The notes: generated from the sequence alone by a model not told the origin. A stretch of 64,000 bases of DNA from an uncultured virus (IMG/VR IMGVR_UViG_3300032397_000009) (IMGVR_UViG_3300032397_000009); one strand, 5' to 3'; shown: positions 17,037 through 27,321, counted from the first letter of the stretch. Program-made: numbers and translations.

Positions 17037-17797
17037 TGGCAACCACAGTGAAGCACCCCGACTACCCGTCGCTCAACATCATCATTGCGAAGAACGCGGC
17101 AGACAAGCCGATCCCCGGCAACTTCTTCGTGACGCACCAGACGGTGAACCTGTCGGATGTCGCGTATCGCGCGTACGGCCCACCGACCGGAGGTGCGACG
17201 TTCCTGACCATCACCAAGCGGATCAACCGGTCGAAGTACAACATGCAGAAGTGCTTCTACCGGTACAAGTCCGACGACTGCTACTCGAGCCGCGTCAGCA
17301 GCGCCGGCGCCCCGAACACCAACAACTGGGGCCCCGGAGCTTGGTTGAGCCTCTGCAACGTCGACAAGGCCGGCGTAGACGGATTGGGCCTCGAGCTCGA
17401 GACGAAGTACCAGATCTTCTGGATACCGCCCGTGGACGGCAAGGAGCCCTGGGATCTCGACGTGCCGAAGACGCAGCCCGACATCCCGGCGCAGACGCCG
17501 AGTACCCCCGACATCAACGTAGTGATCCCGCCGTCGCTCCCGTCGATCCCCGACATCGACATCCACATCGGCGGCGACGAGGGCGGTGGCGAAACCGTCA
17601 CCGAGTACTCGAAGGTGTGCTCCGACGGCACGGTTCTGGCCTGGTCCGAGGGTCAGCAAGAGCCGGTGTGCCCCGAGGCACCTCCGAAGAAGGCGGGCGT
17701 CGGCTGGATCCTCGCGGCCGTGCTCGGGGTCGGCGCGATCGGCGCGGTGGTCTACTTGGCCGGCAAGGGCAAGAAGGGCAAGCGGGGAAAACGGTAA
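17036..17797 (+). CDS. C-terminally anchored protein with Pro-rich linker
   Basis: Ends KKAGVGWILAAVLGVGAIGAVVYLAGKGKKGKRGKR. Confidence 0.75.
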   Translation: MATTVKHPDYPSLNIIIAKNAADKPIPGNFFVTHQTVNLSDVAYRAYGPPTGGATFLTITKRINRSKYNMQKCFYRYKSDDCYSSRVSSAGAPNTNNWGPGAWLSLCNVDKAGVDGLGLELETKYQIFWIPPVDGKEPWDLDVPKTQPDIPAQTPSTPDINVVIPPSLPSIPDIDIHIGGDEGGGETVTEYSKVCSDGTVLAWSEGQQEPVCPEAPPKKAGVGWILAAVLGVGAIGAVVYLAGKGKKGKRGKR

Positions 17798-18027
17798 TGC
17801 GCGCACCTCGGAAATGTAGCTGGTGCAAGTACGATCCGGACGACGAGAGGCACCGGGACGATCCGCTCGAGATGCACCGCGTCTCGATCTTCGGTCGCGA
17901 GTTCACGCTGTGCCACGTCTGCTTCTCTACCTTCAGGGGTCTGATGGAGCGACTCAGCGCGCTGGGACACGAGTACAAGCGCCGCGGCGTACGTTTCGGA
18001 ACGCAACGAGGCGAGGCCAGGGAGTAA
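17797..18027 (+). CDS. small zinc-finger protein
   Basis: CSWC...CHVC; coupled start. Confidence 0.55.
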   Translation: MRAPRKCSWCKYDPDDERHRDDPLEMHRVSIFGREFTLCHVCFSTFRGLMERLSALGHEYKRRGVRFGTQRGEARE

Positions 18028-18031
18028 CAGC

Positions 18032-19366
18032 ATGCCAAACCGAAAAGATACGCGAACGAGTCCGCTCCAGGGTCGAGATCGCCTCGCGCCCTCGCAGATG
18101 ACGAGAATCGGGAACGGCATCCGCTGCGCGGCCCCGACGCTCGAGCCGCAGGACGAAACCGACGGCGTGCCGGTCATCGACTGGTCCTCCGTCCATGTCA
18201 TCTTCTACAGCGACAGGCCGAACAGCACGGGGATGTTCGCGAGGGTGCGCGCGTGGCGCTGGTACGCCAAGCAGCGGGACGGGCAGAGCGGCGCCGGCGG
18301 GGACGAGGTCGGGCGCTGGATCTTCGATTGCGATACCATCGTCGCGCTTGACCCGGCCCTCGCCGCGAACGGTCGCGGGGCGCACCACGTCTGGCAGACG
18401 CGCGGCTGCGAGAAGATGTACTGGCAGGTCGTCTCGATCCAGCTCGTGAGCGGAGACGAGCCCCACGACTACCCGTGGGTGATGATCCAGCCGTTCGGGT
18501 TCTCGAGGAACGATGAGCCACACGCCATCTCGACGTTCGATACGGGGTGCGGGGGTGAAGACCCGTCCTATGACCCGTGCTGCCCCCAGGACGCCACGCG
18601 CATGGCCTCGCTCGACCCGACGCACTGGTCGCCGAACGACGGCACGGTGACCTATCTCGGCGCGAGCACCCTGACCGCGGCCGGGTTCCCGTTCGTGGTG
18701 GACGACAGCAACTGCTACATCACGGGCATCATCGTCCGCAAGGCGGCGAACCTGTTAGTCGAGTACATCAACGGCCACGACGGGATCGCCATCGCCGCCG
18801 CCGCCGGCACCATCACCATCTCTGGCGTGACGACGCCCTTCGCCGTGGGAGACATGGACTACTACGTCTACATGGTCTACCAGGAGAAGGCGTACACCGA
18901 GGCGACGGACTCCCTGCGTACGGAAGAGAACCAGCCCCTCAACCACGAGCTCACGCAGCCCGCGTACATCATCAACGATCTGGCCGTCGTGGCGGGACCG
19001 GTCAACATCCCCGGCGACAACGGAATTGTCATGGATGGCTACAAGGACATCCAGTTCCAGATCCACATAGTAGGCGGCCAGTCCGACGGACACGTCAACC
19101 GCGTGGCCACGCTGAAGTTCCAGGGGAGCAACGACGTGGCCATCGGCGGCGTCAGGGAGTGGGTGGACCTCGCGGTAGGCTACGATCTCGGCTCGGATTC
19201 GACGATGGCGAGCTGGACGTCCACGGGCCTCACTGCCGTGGACGCGGAGATCGATTTCGACAACTGGATGGGGAAGCGGATCCGAGCGGTGCTCTCGTTC
19301 GACACGGCGCCACACGCCGATCATCCGGGGGCATGTGTCATCACCGAGCGTCGGAAGGCTCTGTAG
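18032..19366 (+). CDS. beta-rich putative spike/vertex protein
   Basis: 444 aa, beta-strand composition, structural context. Confidence 0.6.
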   Translation: MPNRKDTRTSPLQGRDRLAPSQMTRIGNGIRCAAPTLEPQDETDGVPVIDWSSVHVIFYSDRPNSTGMFARVRAWRWYAKQRDGQSGAGGDEVGRWIFDCDTIVALDPALAANGRGAHHVWQTRGCEKMYWQVVSIQLVSGDEPHDYPWVMIQPFGFSRNDEPHAISTFDTGCGGEDPSYDPCCPQDATRMASLDPTHWSPNDGTVTYLGASTLTAAGFPFVVDDSNCYITGIIVRKAANLLVEYINGHDGIAIAAAAGTITISGVTTPFAVGDMDYYVYMVYQEKAYTEATDSLRTEENQPLNHELTQPAYIINDLAVVAGPVNIPGDNGIVMDGYKDIQFQIHIVGGQSDGHVNRVATLKFQGSNDVAIGGVREWVDLAVGYDLGSDSTMASWTSTGLTAVDAEIDFDNWMGKRIRAVLSFDTAPHADHPGACVITERRKAL

Positions 19367-19377
19367 GTGAAACTTGA

Positions 19378-20772
19378 ATGAAGCCGCGTGGGAGAAACTG
19401 TGTTGATACGACGACTGCGCCGATGTCTCGGTACGTCGCGACCACTGGCAGCGATGTCAGCGGAAAGGGCACGGCGGCGATCCCCTACGCCTCCGTCGTC
19501 CGCGCGATGCAGGACATCCCTCCGCGCATAGCGCACCCCGTCAACATCTACATAGCGTCTGGCTCGTACGGTGGAGGCACCTTCCCGCGTCACATCGACA
19601 ATACTCTCATCGACGACGGCAGCCTGAGCATCTTTGGCGTCGGCGCACCGACTCGTAAAGCTGTCACGGGCGGTCCGCACACGGTGGCGTCTGTTGTCGA
19701 CATCGAGGAGATGGCTCGGCGGATCACGGTCGCAGGTGCCGTGTGGGCTGTCGATGAATTCTGTGGGTACTGGGTGCGGATCATCACTGGTGGTCACCCT
19801 GGGCAGACGTTCCCAGTGTATGGGAACGGCACGAACACGATCTGTGTGGACCGCGTGAACCCCGGCACCATCCACAACGGCGATACGATAGAGCTCATTG
19901 CGCCGAGCACGAAGATCACCATCGATACGGAGCTGGATCTGTTCTACGATCTGCACTCCCTGGCAGGGGATCCGGCAAATCCTCCGGGCGTCTCGCACCT
20001 CACCTTGGCGAACCTCTGGTTGGATGCTACGGCATCGACCAATGTGTTCGCCCAGTTGAGTCTGCACGGAATCGGCTTGAGCAACGGACCCAATCTGGAG
20101 TTCGTTCGGTTCGATGCCCAAGCATGGGGGGTCGTCGTAGAGGACATCCACCCCAACTGCTTACAGCCCATCGACGACACGTTTGTCGCAGCGTGTGGTT
20201 CTGGCATTGCCAACCTGGGAGCGTACGGGGAGACGCCTGGGCTCAGCCTGACATCGGCAGGGCTGCGCGCGGATCTCCTGGTCACCATGTACGGGGACAA
20301 CGTCCTCACCGCCGCAGTCAGCGGACAAGTGGAGAGCACCTCTGGTGGATATTGCAAGTTCATGGGGGGCGCTGCGAGCTTCAAGAGCTGGGTGTACGTC
20401 GGTGACGTGTACGCTTGGTTATCAGGAGTGAGCAACGCTAAACCAGGAGTTCACATTCTCGGTGGAGTGTGGACGTTGAACACCAGCATCGAGCGGGACT
20501 GCAACTACGCCATCGACACTGACGGTGGCGCGATTGTCCGCATACATGGCGACCTGCAGTGCAGTGCGACCCTCTGCGCCCTCTCGGCGGTCCGAATAGG
20601 TCCGATGTGCAAAGTTACGTCGGACCACGCGCTGGGTGGATTCCTCGGGGCGACGGTAGGTCAGCAGGCTTACATCTTCAAGATGAACGTAGCCGTCAAG
20701 TCGGCTACGTGGCCTGTTGCTGGAACCTACGTCACGGACACCAAGGGTGGTGAATTCCTGAGGGTGACCTGA
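19378..20772 (+). CDS. putative spike/fibre protein, beta-helix-like
   Basis: YVATTGSDxxGxGTxxxPYAS motif typical of beta-helix N-termini. Confidence 0.6.
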   Translation: MKPRGRNCVDTTTAPMSRYVATTGSDVSGKGTAAIPYASVVRAMQDIPPRIAHPVNIYIASGSYGGGTFPRHIDNTLIDDGSLSIFGVGAPTRKAVTGGPHTVASVVDIEEMARRITVAGAVWAVDEFCGYWVRIITGGHPGQTFPVYGNGTNTICVDRVNPGTIHNGDTIELIAPSTKITIDTELDLFYDLHSLAGDPANPPGVSHLTLANLWLDATASTNVFAQLSLHGIGLSNGPNLEFVRFDAQAWGVVVEDIHPNCLQPIDDTFVAACGSGIANLGAYGETPGLSLTSAGLRADLLVTMYGDNVLTAAVSGQVESTSGGYCKFMGGAASFKSWVYVGDVYAWLSGVSNAKPGVHILGGVWTLNTSIERDCNYAIDTDGGAIVRIHGDLQCSATLCALSAVRIGPMCKVTSDHALGGFLGATVGQQAYIFKMNVAVKSATWPVAGTYVTDTKGGEFLRVT

Positions 20773-21806
20773 TGAAGCCACATGGTGGACAGCGCAAGTT
20801 TCAGCTAGTCACCACGGTAGCGGATACGACCACCGTTCTGAACAGCTCCTATAGCTCTGACATCATCATCGGCGGCAACGCCGTCATGCAGGTCTACGAC
20901 CTCGGCGATGCGACGAAGTACCGCCCAGGTCGGACGCACTTCATCTTCTACAACAACACGCCAGAGTTAGTGGGCGTGGTGAATTCCAATGGCAGCGTGT
21001 GGCATCGTGTGCCGCCTCGTGGTCGATGCATCTGTGCTCTAGAGTCGAACGCTGCGGCGGCTGGGGTGTGGTGGTCAAGCGTCGTTAGGGATGTATCGCC
21101 AGCACAGGGGCTGGACGCCTTTGATGACTTTATGGGTCTGATTGCTACAACGGGTATATACGGCGCGATGGGATGGAACGTCGCTAAAGCTGGTGTTGGT
21201 TCGGCAGTCGCGTCGGGCGTGGCTGCGTGTCGCGCGACATCCGGCTTGCAGGGTGTTGCTATGTTCTCGGCCGGTGCGGTAGCTTCCTATGGATTGATGC
21301 ATGGTCCTGACGCCGCCAATTCAATATATCTTGGTTCTGGATGTCGAGCGTTTGAAACTTCTACAGTGCTCTATCAATTGTCTGTTGCGGCGCAAGAATT
21401 CATTTTTCGTCTTGGCCCCGGTGACAACATAACGGGTGGGGCACACACTAACGGGTGCTATTTTGTCTATGATCGTGCGACGTGGGGTGATTTTTGGGTT
21501 TGCCGCAACATTAATGCGGCCGGAAATAATACACTGGTAACAGCGGTAGTACCTGCCGTTTCCATCGTTGGTGTTGGATGGCAAAAGTTGCGTTTGGAGA
21601 TCGACAGTGTTGCGAGTCGGACAGATTGGTTTATTAATAACGCTCAGGTTTCTCCCGCAGGTGGACTGAATACAAGAGTTCCTCTCCCTGCTACTGCAGG
21701 CGTACGAGCGGCAAATTTAGGAATCACAAAAACGGTTGGGGCCACCGTGGTCTACACATTCTCTGAGTACGCTCGTGTGCAATCGTTCCCGACGGCTCTG
21801 AGGTAG
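20772..21806 (+). CDS. putative receptor-binding protein (lectin/beta-sandwich-like)
   Basis: AFDDFMG...GW, WQKLRLEI...DWFIN; visibly lower GC. Confidence 0.55.
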   Translation: MKPHGGQRKFQLVTTVADTTTVLNSSYSSDIIIGGNAVMQVYDLGDATKYRPGRTHFIFYNNTPELVGVVNSNGSVWHRVPPRGRCICALESNAAAAGVWWSSVVRDVSPAQGLDAFDDFMGLIATTGIYGAMGWNVAKAGVGSAVASGVAACRATSGLQGVAMFSAGAVASYGLMHGPDAANSIYLGSGCRAFETSTVLYQLSVAAQEFIFRLGPGDNITGGAHTNGCYFVYDRATWGDFWVCRNINAAGNNTLVTAVVPAVSIVGVGWQKLRLEIDSVASRTDWFINNAQVSPAGGLNTRVPLPATAGVRAANLGITKTVGATVVYTFSEYARVQSFPTALR

Positions 21807-21891
21807 CACATGTTAGACGCAGCAAAAAAGAAACTCCTTGACGACTTCGCCAGAGCGACGGTGGCCGGGGAGGAGACTCATAGGTGCTGAG

Positions 21892-22353
21892 ATGAAAGAC
21901 CTGGAGAAGCATCACCGTCTCAGGTTGCAGCGCTACGCCAAGGCGACACAACTCGGCGATGCCACCCCCGAGCTCTCCGAGGACATGATGTCGTCCCTTC
22001 AGGGGCTGCTCACCGAGGCCCGGCTCGACGCCGCGATGAAACAGGCCAAAGCCGGCGAGTACGACGAGTTCGACCTCGACGCGGAGTTGGCCATGGCCGA
22101 TGCCGAGGTTGAGGCCATCAAGGCCTCGGAGGAAGCCGTAAAGAAGGCCGAGGAGGAGCGGATCCTCCGAGACGCTCGAGAGGTCATGGGGCTGAGTGCG
22201 GATCTTCCCGCCGAGGTCGTCGAGGCCAAGGTGGAGGAGGCCGTCGCAGAGGCCGAGAAGGGTGCGACCGAAGACGAGAAGAAAGCCGGGTTCTGGAGCA
22301 GGATCGGATCCTTCTTCGCGAACCTGTTCAAGAGCAAGAAGGTCGAGGGATAG
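21892..22353 (+). CDS. acidic helical protein with C-terminal amphipathic helix
   Basis: Glu/Ala-rich; ends KKAGFWSRIGSFFANLFKSKKVEG. Confidence 0.65.
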   Translation: MKDLEKHHRLRLQRYAKATQLGDATPELSEDMMSSLQGLLTEARLDAAMKQAKAGEYDEFDLDAELAMADAEVEAIKASEEAVKKAEEERILRDAREVMGLSADLPAEVVEAKVEEAVAEAEKGATEDEKKAGFWSRIGSFFANLFKSKKVEG

Positions 22354-22356
22354 ACG

Positions 22357-23823
22357 ATGACGGCAGGAGGATTGACGGCGAGCGGCGCACTGGCACTGTG
22401 GCACGACTATCGCGCCGGGCACTGCGCGCACCTCGGGGGATACTCGGGCGGCGCGTTCGACGGCGTGGAGGCGGGTGCCCAGGGACGGTTCCGAACCGGC
22501 TACGGGTTCGAGACGAGCCACGATTTCGTCGGTGGTGGAGTCGACGCTTCGCTCGGCTACATTCGCGTCGCGGACAACCCGGCCTTCTATCCTCCGGTAG
22601 GCGGCATGTGCCTCATCGCGTCCTACCTGCAGTCGGACGATGCCCTCGACTGCCAGATCATCGGGCAGGGCGGCACCAACATCGGCGATACGTCTTGGAT
22701 GCTCATCCGGTCTGCGACCGACATCAAGTTCATGGTGTCCGACAACGTGGCGCTGTCGGCCTTCTCTTACACCATCCCGGCGGTGCCCGGTCAGATCGAG
22801 ACGGTCACCGTGCGGTACACCGGAGGAGTGGGTGTGGGAAACTGCACCATCTCCGTCATCTCTCCGACGCCCTCCTCCTCGACGGGTCAGATCTCGCGTG
22901 TTCCACAGGACGTCAAGCAGCCGGTGAGCGTGTGCTGCCTGTCCAACTCGACGCGGTATCCGTTCTTCGGGGTGATGCGCTACGTCGCCTTCGTCCGGGG
23001 CGCGCAGACCGACGCCATCCTCGCCGAGCTGGCGGCAGAGATCGAGAACACGCCGTGGCCAGACGCCGTCATCGCGTGCGACCGCGCGGGCTCCGTGGCT
23101 GACAGAGCCGTGCAGCTCCAGACGCGGTTTGGCGTGGACGCGTCCACCACCAACGAGGGTTTGGTGAACCACGATGAGATCTCCAACTCGGGCTGGATCT
23201 CGGGAAACGCTTTGAAGGCCGTCGGCGCGTGGAGGATCGCAACCAGGCACTTCGCAAACGTGGCGGCGGGTTCCCCTGCCGACATCCAGAAGATCTTGCA
23301 GTGTGGAGCGGCCGGCGGCGTCCTGTTGCCCATCACTCTATGGAGTGCTGAGGTCACGGATGCACTAGCCGCCTACGGCACCTGGGACTTCTGGGTGTAC
23401 GAAATCGCAGGGAACACTCCGGATACCTACGTTCTGCATCAGGTGATCCTGGGTGGCGACGGCGCCCTCCACGACGTCGGCTATGCCGTTCGCATCGAGG
23501 GGACGGGGGAGATCAAGCTCGTTAGGATCGACGAAGCGGCGCACACGGATCTCATCCTGACGGCTGCCGTCGTCGTCGGTTCTCGGGTTGTTCATTTCCG
23601 CGTGACTCGGACGGACGCGAACGTGTGGAAACTGTACTACCAGATCGTTGCGACGAACGGTGTGCAGGGTCCGTGGGTCTATGCCGGTGCAGCCGTCAGC
23701 GCGACGTACGTGGTGTCCGATGGCCTCTTCCTCGATTACGACGGCGGGGATGCTCTGCTGCTCGGAAACCACAGGAGCGAGAAGGCGTTGTTCAAGTGGA
23801 AGGGTGTCGTCAACCCGTTATGA
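22357..23823 (+). CDS. putative LamG/concanavalin-like structural protein
   Basis: AYGTWDFWVY, GYAVRI, HFRVTRT...WKLY strand pattern. Confidence 0.55.
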   Translation: MTAGGLTASGALALWHDYRAGHCAHLGGYSGGAFDGVEAGAQGRFRTGYGFETSHDFVGGGVDASLGYIRVADNPAFYPPVGGMCLIASYLQSDDALDCQIIGQGGTNIGDTSWMLIRSATDIKFMVSDNVALSAFSYTIPAVPGQIETVTVRYTGGVGVGNCTISVISPTPSSSTGQISRVPQDVKQPVSVCCLSNSTRYPFFGVMRYVAFVRGAQTDAILAELAAEIENTPWPDAVIACDRAGSVADRAVQLQTRFGVDASTTNEGLVNHDEISNSGWISGNALKAVGAWRIATRHFANVAAGSPADIQKILQCGAAGGVLLPITLWSAEVTDALAAYGTWDFWVYEIAGNTPDTYVLHQVILGGDGALHDVGYAVRIEGTGEIKLVRIDEAAHTDLILTAAVVVGSRVVHFRVTRTDANVWKLYYQIVATNGVQGPWVYAGAAVSATYVVSDGLFLDYDGGDALLLGNHRSEKALFKWKGVVNPL

Positions 23824-24308
23824 AAACTGGATGCAAACTTGCGCCCGCCGTATTAGCCGCTCTACAGGCGGATGTCACTGCCATAGACATCGCCACGGAG
23901 CTCATTCTCGAGCACGTTCATGGTATTTGCGAAGTCTACCCTAAAAATAACGGTTTAGCTCCTTGGGAAGCAGGAACCACGGTGGTCGCCGGCGGCGCCG
24001 GTGCCGGCACGTTCGGTGCGCCAGCGACCGTGTTGCCGGCCGCTGCCACCGCTGCCGAGTTTGATATTCATTGGATCAATATGGAAGTGCTGCCGGCCAA
24101 CGCTACCTACGAGATGGTATTCTACGCCGGTGCCACGGAAGTGGGCAGGGTGCGCTTTGCTAGAATCAACAATAACGAATCCGTGAACGGTGTGCCATTT
24201 ATGATGCCTTTGTATCCTGCTGGCACGGCGATTACGGCGAAGTGCGCTAATTCTGCAGGCAACACGGGGAATTTGGAGATCTCCGTGTATTACCATCAGT
24301 ATCCGTAG
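23820..24308 (+). CDS. beta-rich structural protein (162 aa)
   Basis: ATGA coupling; FDIHWI...YEMVFYAG...ISVYYHQY; lower GC. Confidence 0.6.
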   Translation: MKTGCKLAPAVLAALQADVTAIDIATELILEHVHGICEVYPKNNGLAPWEAGTTVVAGGAGAGTFGAPATVLPAAATAAEFDIHWINMEVLPANATYEMVFYAGATEVGRVRFARINNNESVNGVPFMMPLYPAGTAITAKCANSAGNTGNLEISVYYHQYP

Positions 24309-24337
24309 GCAGGATGTAGGGGAAGCAGGAGGACGTC

Positions 24338-24928
24338 ATGACCGACCACGACCTCGAAATCGCCCTGAAAGACCTCTCGAAATCTGTCACGGATCACAGG
24401 TACGAGATCGGTCGGGATCTGGCGACTCTCACGGCGAACGTCGGGACGCTGCAAACCTCTCACGAGACGAACGCGAAGAAGCTCGATGAAGTCCTTCGAC
24501 TCGAGATCGGATGTGCGGCGCGGGCCGGGTGGGATGGTATGGTCGGTCGGGTGGCAGGGCTCGAGGAGGACGGGAAGGTTCGAATCGAGTCCGAGCTCGA
24601 GCGCGCACGCGACGAGATCACGGGACAGCAGGACGTCATGCAGCGGCGCATCGGAGAGCGCAACTACTCCGAGACTCCGACCGGCCGGTTCTTCAAGATG
24701 ATCACGCCGTACCTGTGGAAGGGCCTCGTCATACTCGGGATCACTATCGGGGTTACTGTCGTCTCGCGTTGCACGGGAGAGGATCCGGCGACCACGGCAA
24801 ACGCCCTTCGCGCCGTCACGGACATGATGGTGAAGACCGCGGCCGAAGTCGAGTTTGTCAAGGAAACGCAGATCGAAGTCCTGGGGGTTGCCAATGGATT
24901 GCGGACAGATGGGGGGGTGCAGCCGTGA
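24338..24928 (+). CDS. coiled-coil plus transmembrane protein
   Basis: GGAGGA RBS; YLWKGLVILGITIGVTVV. Confidence 0.65.
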   Translation: MTDHDLEIALKDLSKSVTDHRYEIGRDLATLTANVGTLQTSHETNAKKLDEVLRLEIGCAARAGWDGMVGRVAGLEEDGKVRIESELERARDEITGQQDVMQRRIGERNYSETPTGRFFKMITPYLWKGLVILGITIGVTVVSRCTGEDPATTANALRAVTDMMVKTAAEVEFVKETQIEVLGVANGLRTDGGVQP

Positions 24929-25116
24929 ACCTCCGATGCCCCAGGGTGCGAGGGATCTCCACGGCGACCTGGCAGAAGGGGATCGCCGTCGAGCTCGAGC
25001 ACACCTCGTCGAGGCGCATCGCTCGGTGCATCGCCGCAGCCCACCTCGAAGAATCGCCGCGGTACTACGCCGAGCTCAAGAGGATGGAGCGGAAGCTCAA
25101 GGGGAGACGCGCATGA
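24925..25116 (+). CDS. DUF5661-like small protein
   Basis: KGIAVELEHT...IAAAHLEESPRYYAELKRME; GTGA coupling. Confidence 0.65.
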   Translation: MNLRCPRVRGISTATWQKGIAVELEHTSSRRIARCIAAAHLEESPRYYAELKRMERKLKGRRA

Positions 25117-25421
25117 CCGAGTTGAAGGGCAAGTGCCGGGTGATCCTCTCTCACGGCTACAACCCGGACATCGAGGGTGGGTACTGGGGTGCTCGTCCGG
25201 ACAGGGACGCGATCTCCGAACCCGTGAAGACACTTGCCGAAGCGAGCAAGGCATGCCGCCGCTACATCGAGGAGCACGGCCTCGGCGGCGGCAACTGGAC
25301 CGGCGGCAAGATCTACTGCGGCAGGAAACTGGTCGCCCGCGTCTCCTACAACGGCAAGGTGTGGTCGCCAGACGGCGCTCGCCTAGCCGGCACCCGGAGA
25401 CGCAGGAAGTCAGTGCGGTGA
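25113..25421 (+). CDS. phage-type hypothetical protein with basic tail
   Basis: EAS...LGGGNWTGG...ARVSYNGKVW; ends RRRRKSVR. Confidence 0.65.
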   Translation: MTELKGKCRVILSHGYNPDIEGGYWGARPDRDAISEPVKTLAEASKACRRYIEEHGLGGGNWTGGKIYCGRKLVARVSYNGKVWSPDGARLAGTRRRRKSVR

Positions 25422-25537
25422 TGGCGAAGAAGAGAAAGAGCAAGAAGGGCGCGAAGTGGTCGAAGTGGGGCTGGTTGGCCGGCCTCGTCGGCGTCGGCAT
25501 CGGCATGCTTGTTCTGAACGCCGTGGGAAAGAGGTAG
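25421..25537 (+). CDS. 38-aa basic peptide with TM helix
   Basis: MAKKRKSKKGAKWSKWGWLAGLVGVGIGMLVLNAVGKR. Confidence 0.6.
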   Translation: MAKKRKSKKGAKWSKWGWLAGLVGVGIGMLVLNAVGKR

Positions 25538-25759
25538 ATGTCTGAGACGACGTACATGGAGCCCGTGGTGAAGAGCCAGCCGATCCGGCTTCTGGACATG
25601 TTCATCGTGGGGCCGCTGATGATCGCCGGCGCGGTCGCGACGCGGAGGTCTGTGCCGCTCGTCGCCTATCCGCTGGCGTTCTTCGGCGTGACGACCATCC
25701 TGTACAACGCCTTGAACTACGCCAAGGTCAGCAATCTCGAGGCGGGAGGGACGGCATGA
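25538..25759 (+). CDS. small two-TM membrane protein
   Basis: KSQPIRLLDMFIVGPLMI...TILYNALNY. Confidence 0.65.
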   Translation: MSETTYMEPVVKSQPIRLLDMFIVGPLMIAGAVATRRSVPLVAYPLAFFGVTTILYNALNYAKVSNLEAGGTA

Positions 25760-26385
25760 ACGACTCGACAAAAGCCGTACTGCTCCTCGTCGCCGCCGGC
25801 GTCGTGCTCTTCACCGGGTGGAAGCTCATGGCCAGACCCGGCACCAAAGCGCTCAGGAAGGCCAAGAGGGTCGCCTGCCTGGGGGATAGCCTCACCCATG
25901 CGGGCCTGTACTGCGGCGACCTGGCGGCCTACGTGGGGGCCAGCGCGAAGGCCTTCGGGTACGAGGGCCAGGGCACCGGGGCAATCGGGTCGCACGTCGA
26001 CGACGTCCTCGACTGGTCCCCGGAGGCGGTCGTGGTGTTGGCCGGCGTCAACGATCTGCGCTCCCACAGCGGAGCCCAGACCGCGATCTCGGGGCTCACG
26101 AAGATCTACGCCAAGATTCACGAGGCCGGCCTCCCTGTTGTCGCGGTTGAGATCCTGCCGTGGCACGGCTACTTCGACGCCAAGGGCTGGGAGGAAAACA
26201 CCAGGATCGTCAACACCTGGATCCGGCGCGAGGCGAACGTCGAGGCGTTCGTCAGGACGAGCTCGATGGGGAACTCCGAGGGACGGTTGCTGCCCGAGTA
26301 CGACGACGGCAGCCATCTCCACTTGAACCGCGCCGGCCAGGGCGAGCTCGCGTCGCTCATCGCCGAGCAGGCGTTCGGGAGGTAG
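25756..26385 (+). CDS. SGNH/GDSL hydrolase with N-terminal TM anchor
   Basis: LGDSLT, LAGVND, DGSHLHLNRAG. Confidence 0.88.
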   Translation: MNDSTKAVLLLVAAGVVLFTGWKLMARPGTKALRKAKRVACLGDSLTHAGLYCGDLAAYVGASAKAFGYEGQGTGAIGSHVDDVLDWSPEAVVVLAGVNDLRSHSGAQTAISGLTKIYAKIHEAGLPVVAVEILPWHGYFDAKGWEENTRIVNTWIRREANVEAFVRTSSMGNSEGRLLPEYDDGSHLHLNRAGQGELASLIAEQAFGR

Positions 26386-26388
26386 AGG

Positions 26389-26916
26389 GTGAAGAAACGT
26401 TGCAGAGTGAGCGGCGTCGAGGACTACGCGATGTCCCATCGACCGCCAGGTGCCGACAACGGAGCTCCTCTGCACGATCTGAACGCCAACGCCGTGTACC
26501 CCAAGGACGTGTACGACCATCCCGAGTGGTACTCGGGCGGCGAAGAGAACTTTTGGGACGCTTGGTCGGCGGTGAGCAGAGCTCGCGGCAAACCAGACAA
26601 GAACGTCTCGATCTTTCGCGCGTTGCCCTGTGGCCGCGCAACCAAGACGCTGAACAACGGCGACTGGGTGACCACGGTACGGAAGTACGCTAGGGAGCAC
26701 AGCAAGCATGCCTCGGACCCTTCGAAGGACATGTGCGTGAAGTGGGCCAGGGTGAAGGCTTCATGCCTACACACCGCGGGCGACTCGCTGTTCGAGTGGG
26801 GCTACAACTGCGAGGACAAGCCGTTCTCTGGCACGGTATCGCGCCCGAGGAAGAAAAGGGAACGGCCCAGCAGAAGGCGCAGCAGCTACGACATCGCAAG
26901 GCATAGAGAGAGGTAG
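26389..26916 (+). CDS. phage domain, possible ADP-ribosyltransferase fold, with polybasic tail
   Basis: HRPP..GAPLHDL, IFRALP, GDWVT, FEWGY. Confidence 0.5.
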   Translation: MKKRCRVSGVEDYAMSHRPPGADNGAPLHDLNANAVYPKDVYDHPEWYSGGEENFWDAWSAVSRARGKPDKNVSIFRALPCGRATKTLNNGDWVTTVRKYAREHSKHASDPSKDMCVKWARVKASCLHTAGDSLFEWGYNCEDKPFSGTVSRPRKKRERPSRRRSSYDIARHRER

Positions 26917-26917
26917 C

Positions 26918-27319
26918 ATGGGAACCGGGTGGGAAGAATTTCCGGCGAAGAAGTCACGGTTCGGGTGGCGGGACGAGGTCGCACCGCCGTCTTACGATGA
27001 CGGTGCCCAGGGGTATTCGATCCCGCCGAAGCGCAAGGCGTCCAAGAGCGCGGGCCGTTGCAAGGTCGTCAGGAACAGTCCCGGCGATTTCAGCGCCTAC
27101 GTCAACGGGAAGAGCGTCGCATTCGAGCTGGATGATTCCGGCACAGAGGCCTATGGCGGTGCCAAGTGGGGCGTGATCGTGAGGTATCCGCGCCGCCTCG
27201 GTGGAAACCGGCTGTACCTGTTCGACACGAAGGGACAGGCCGAGAAGGCGATGCAGACCGAGCGGACCTTTGGCAGGAATGCCCCGGCGTGCAAGGTGCG
27301 CGTCGAGAAGGCGAGGTAG
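26918..27319 (+). CDS. hypothetical protein
   Basis: GAGG RBS, packed. Confidence 0.6.
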   Translation: MGTGWEEFPAKKSRFGWRDEVAPPSYDDGAQGYSIPPKRKASKSAGRCKVVRNSPGDFSAYVNGKSVAFELDDSGTEAYGGAKWGVIVRYPRRLGGNRLYLFDTKGQAEKAMQTERTFGRNAPACKVRVEKAR

Positions 27320-27321
27320 GG

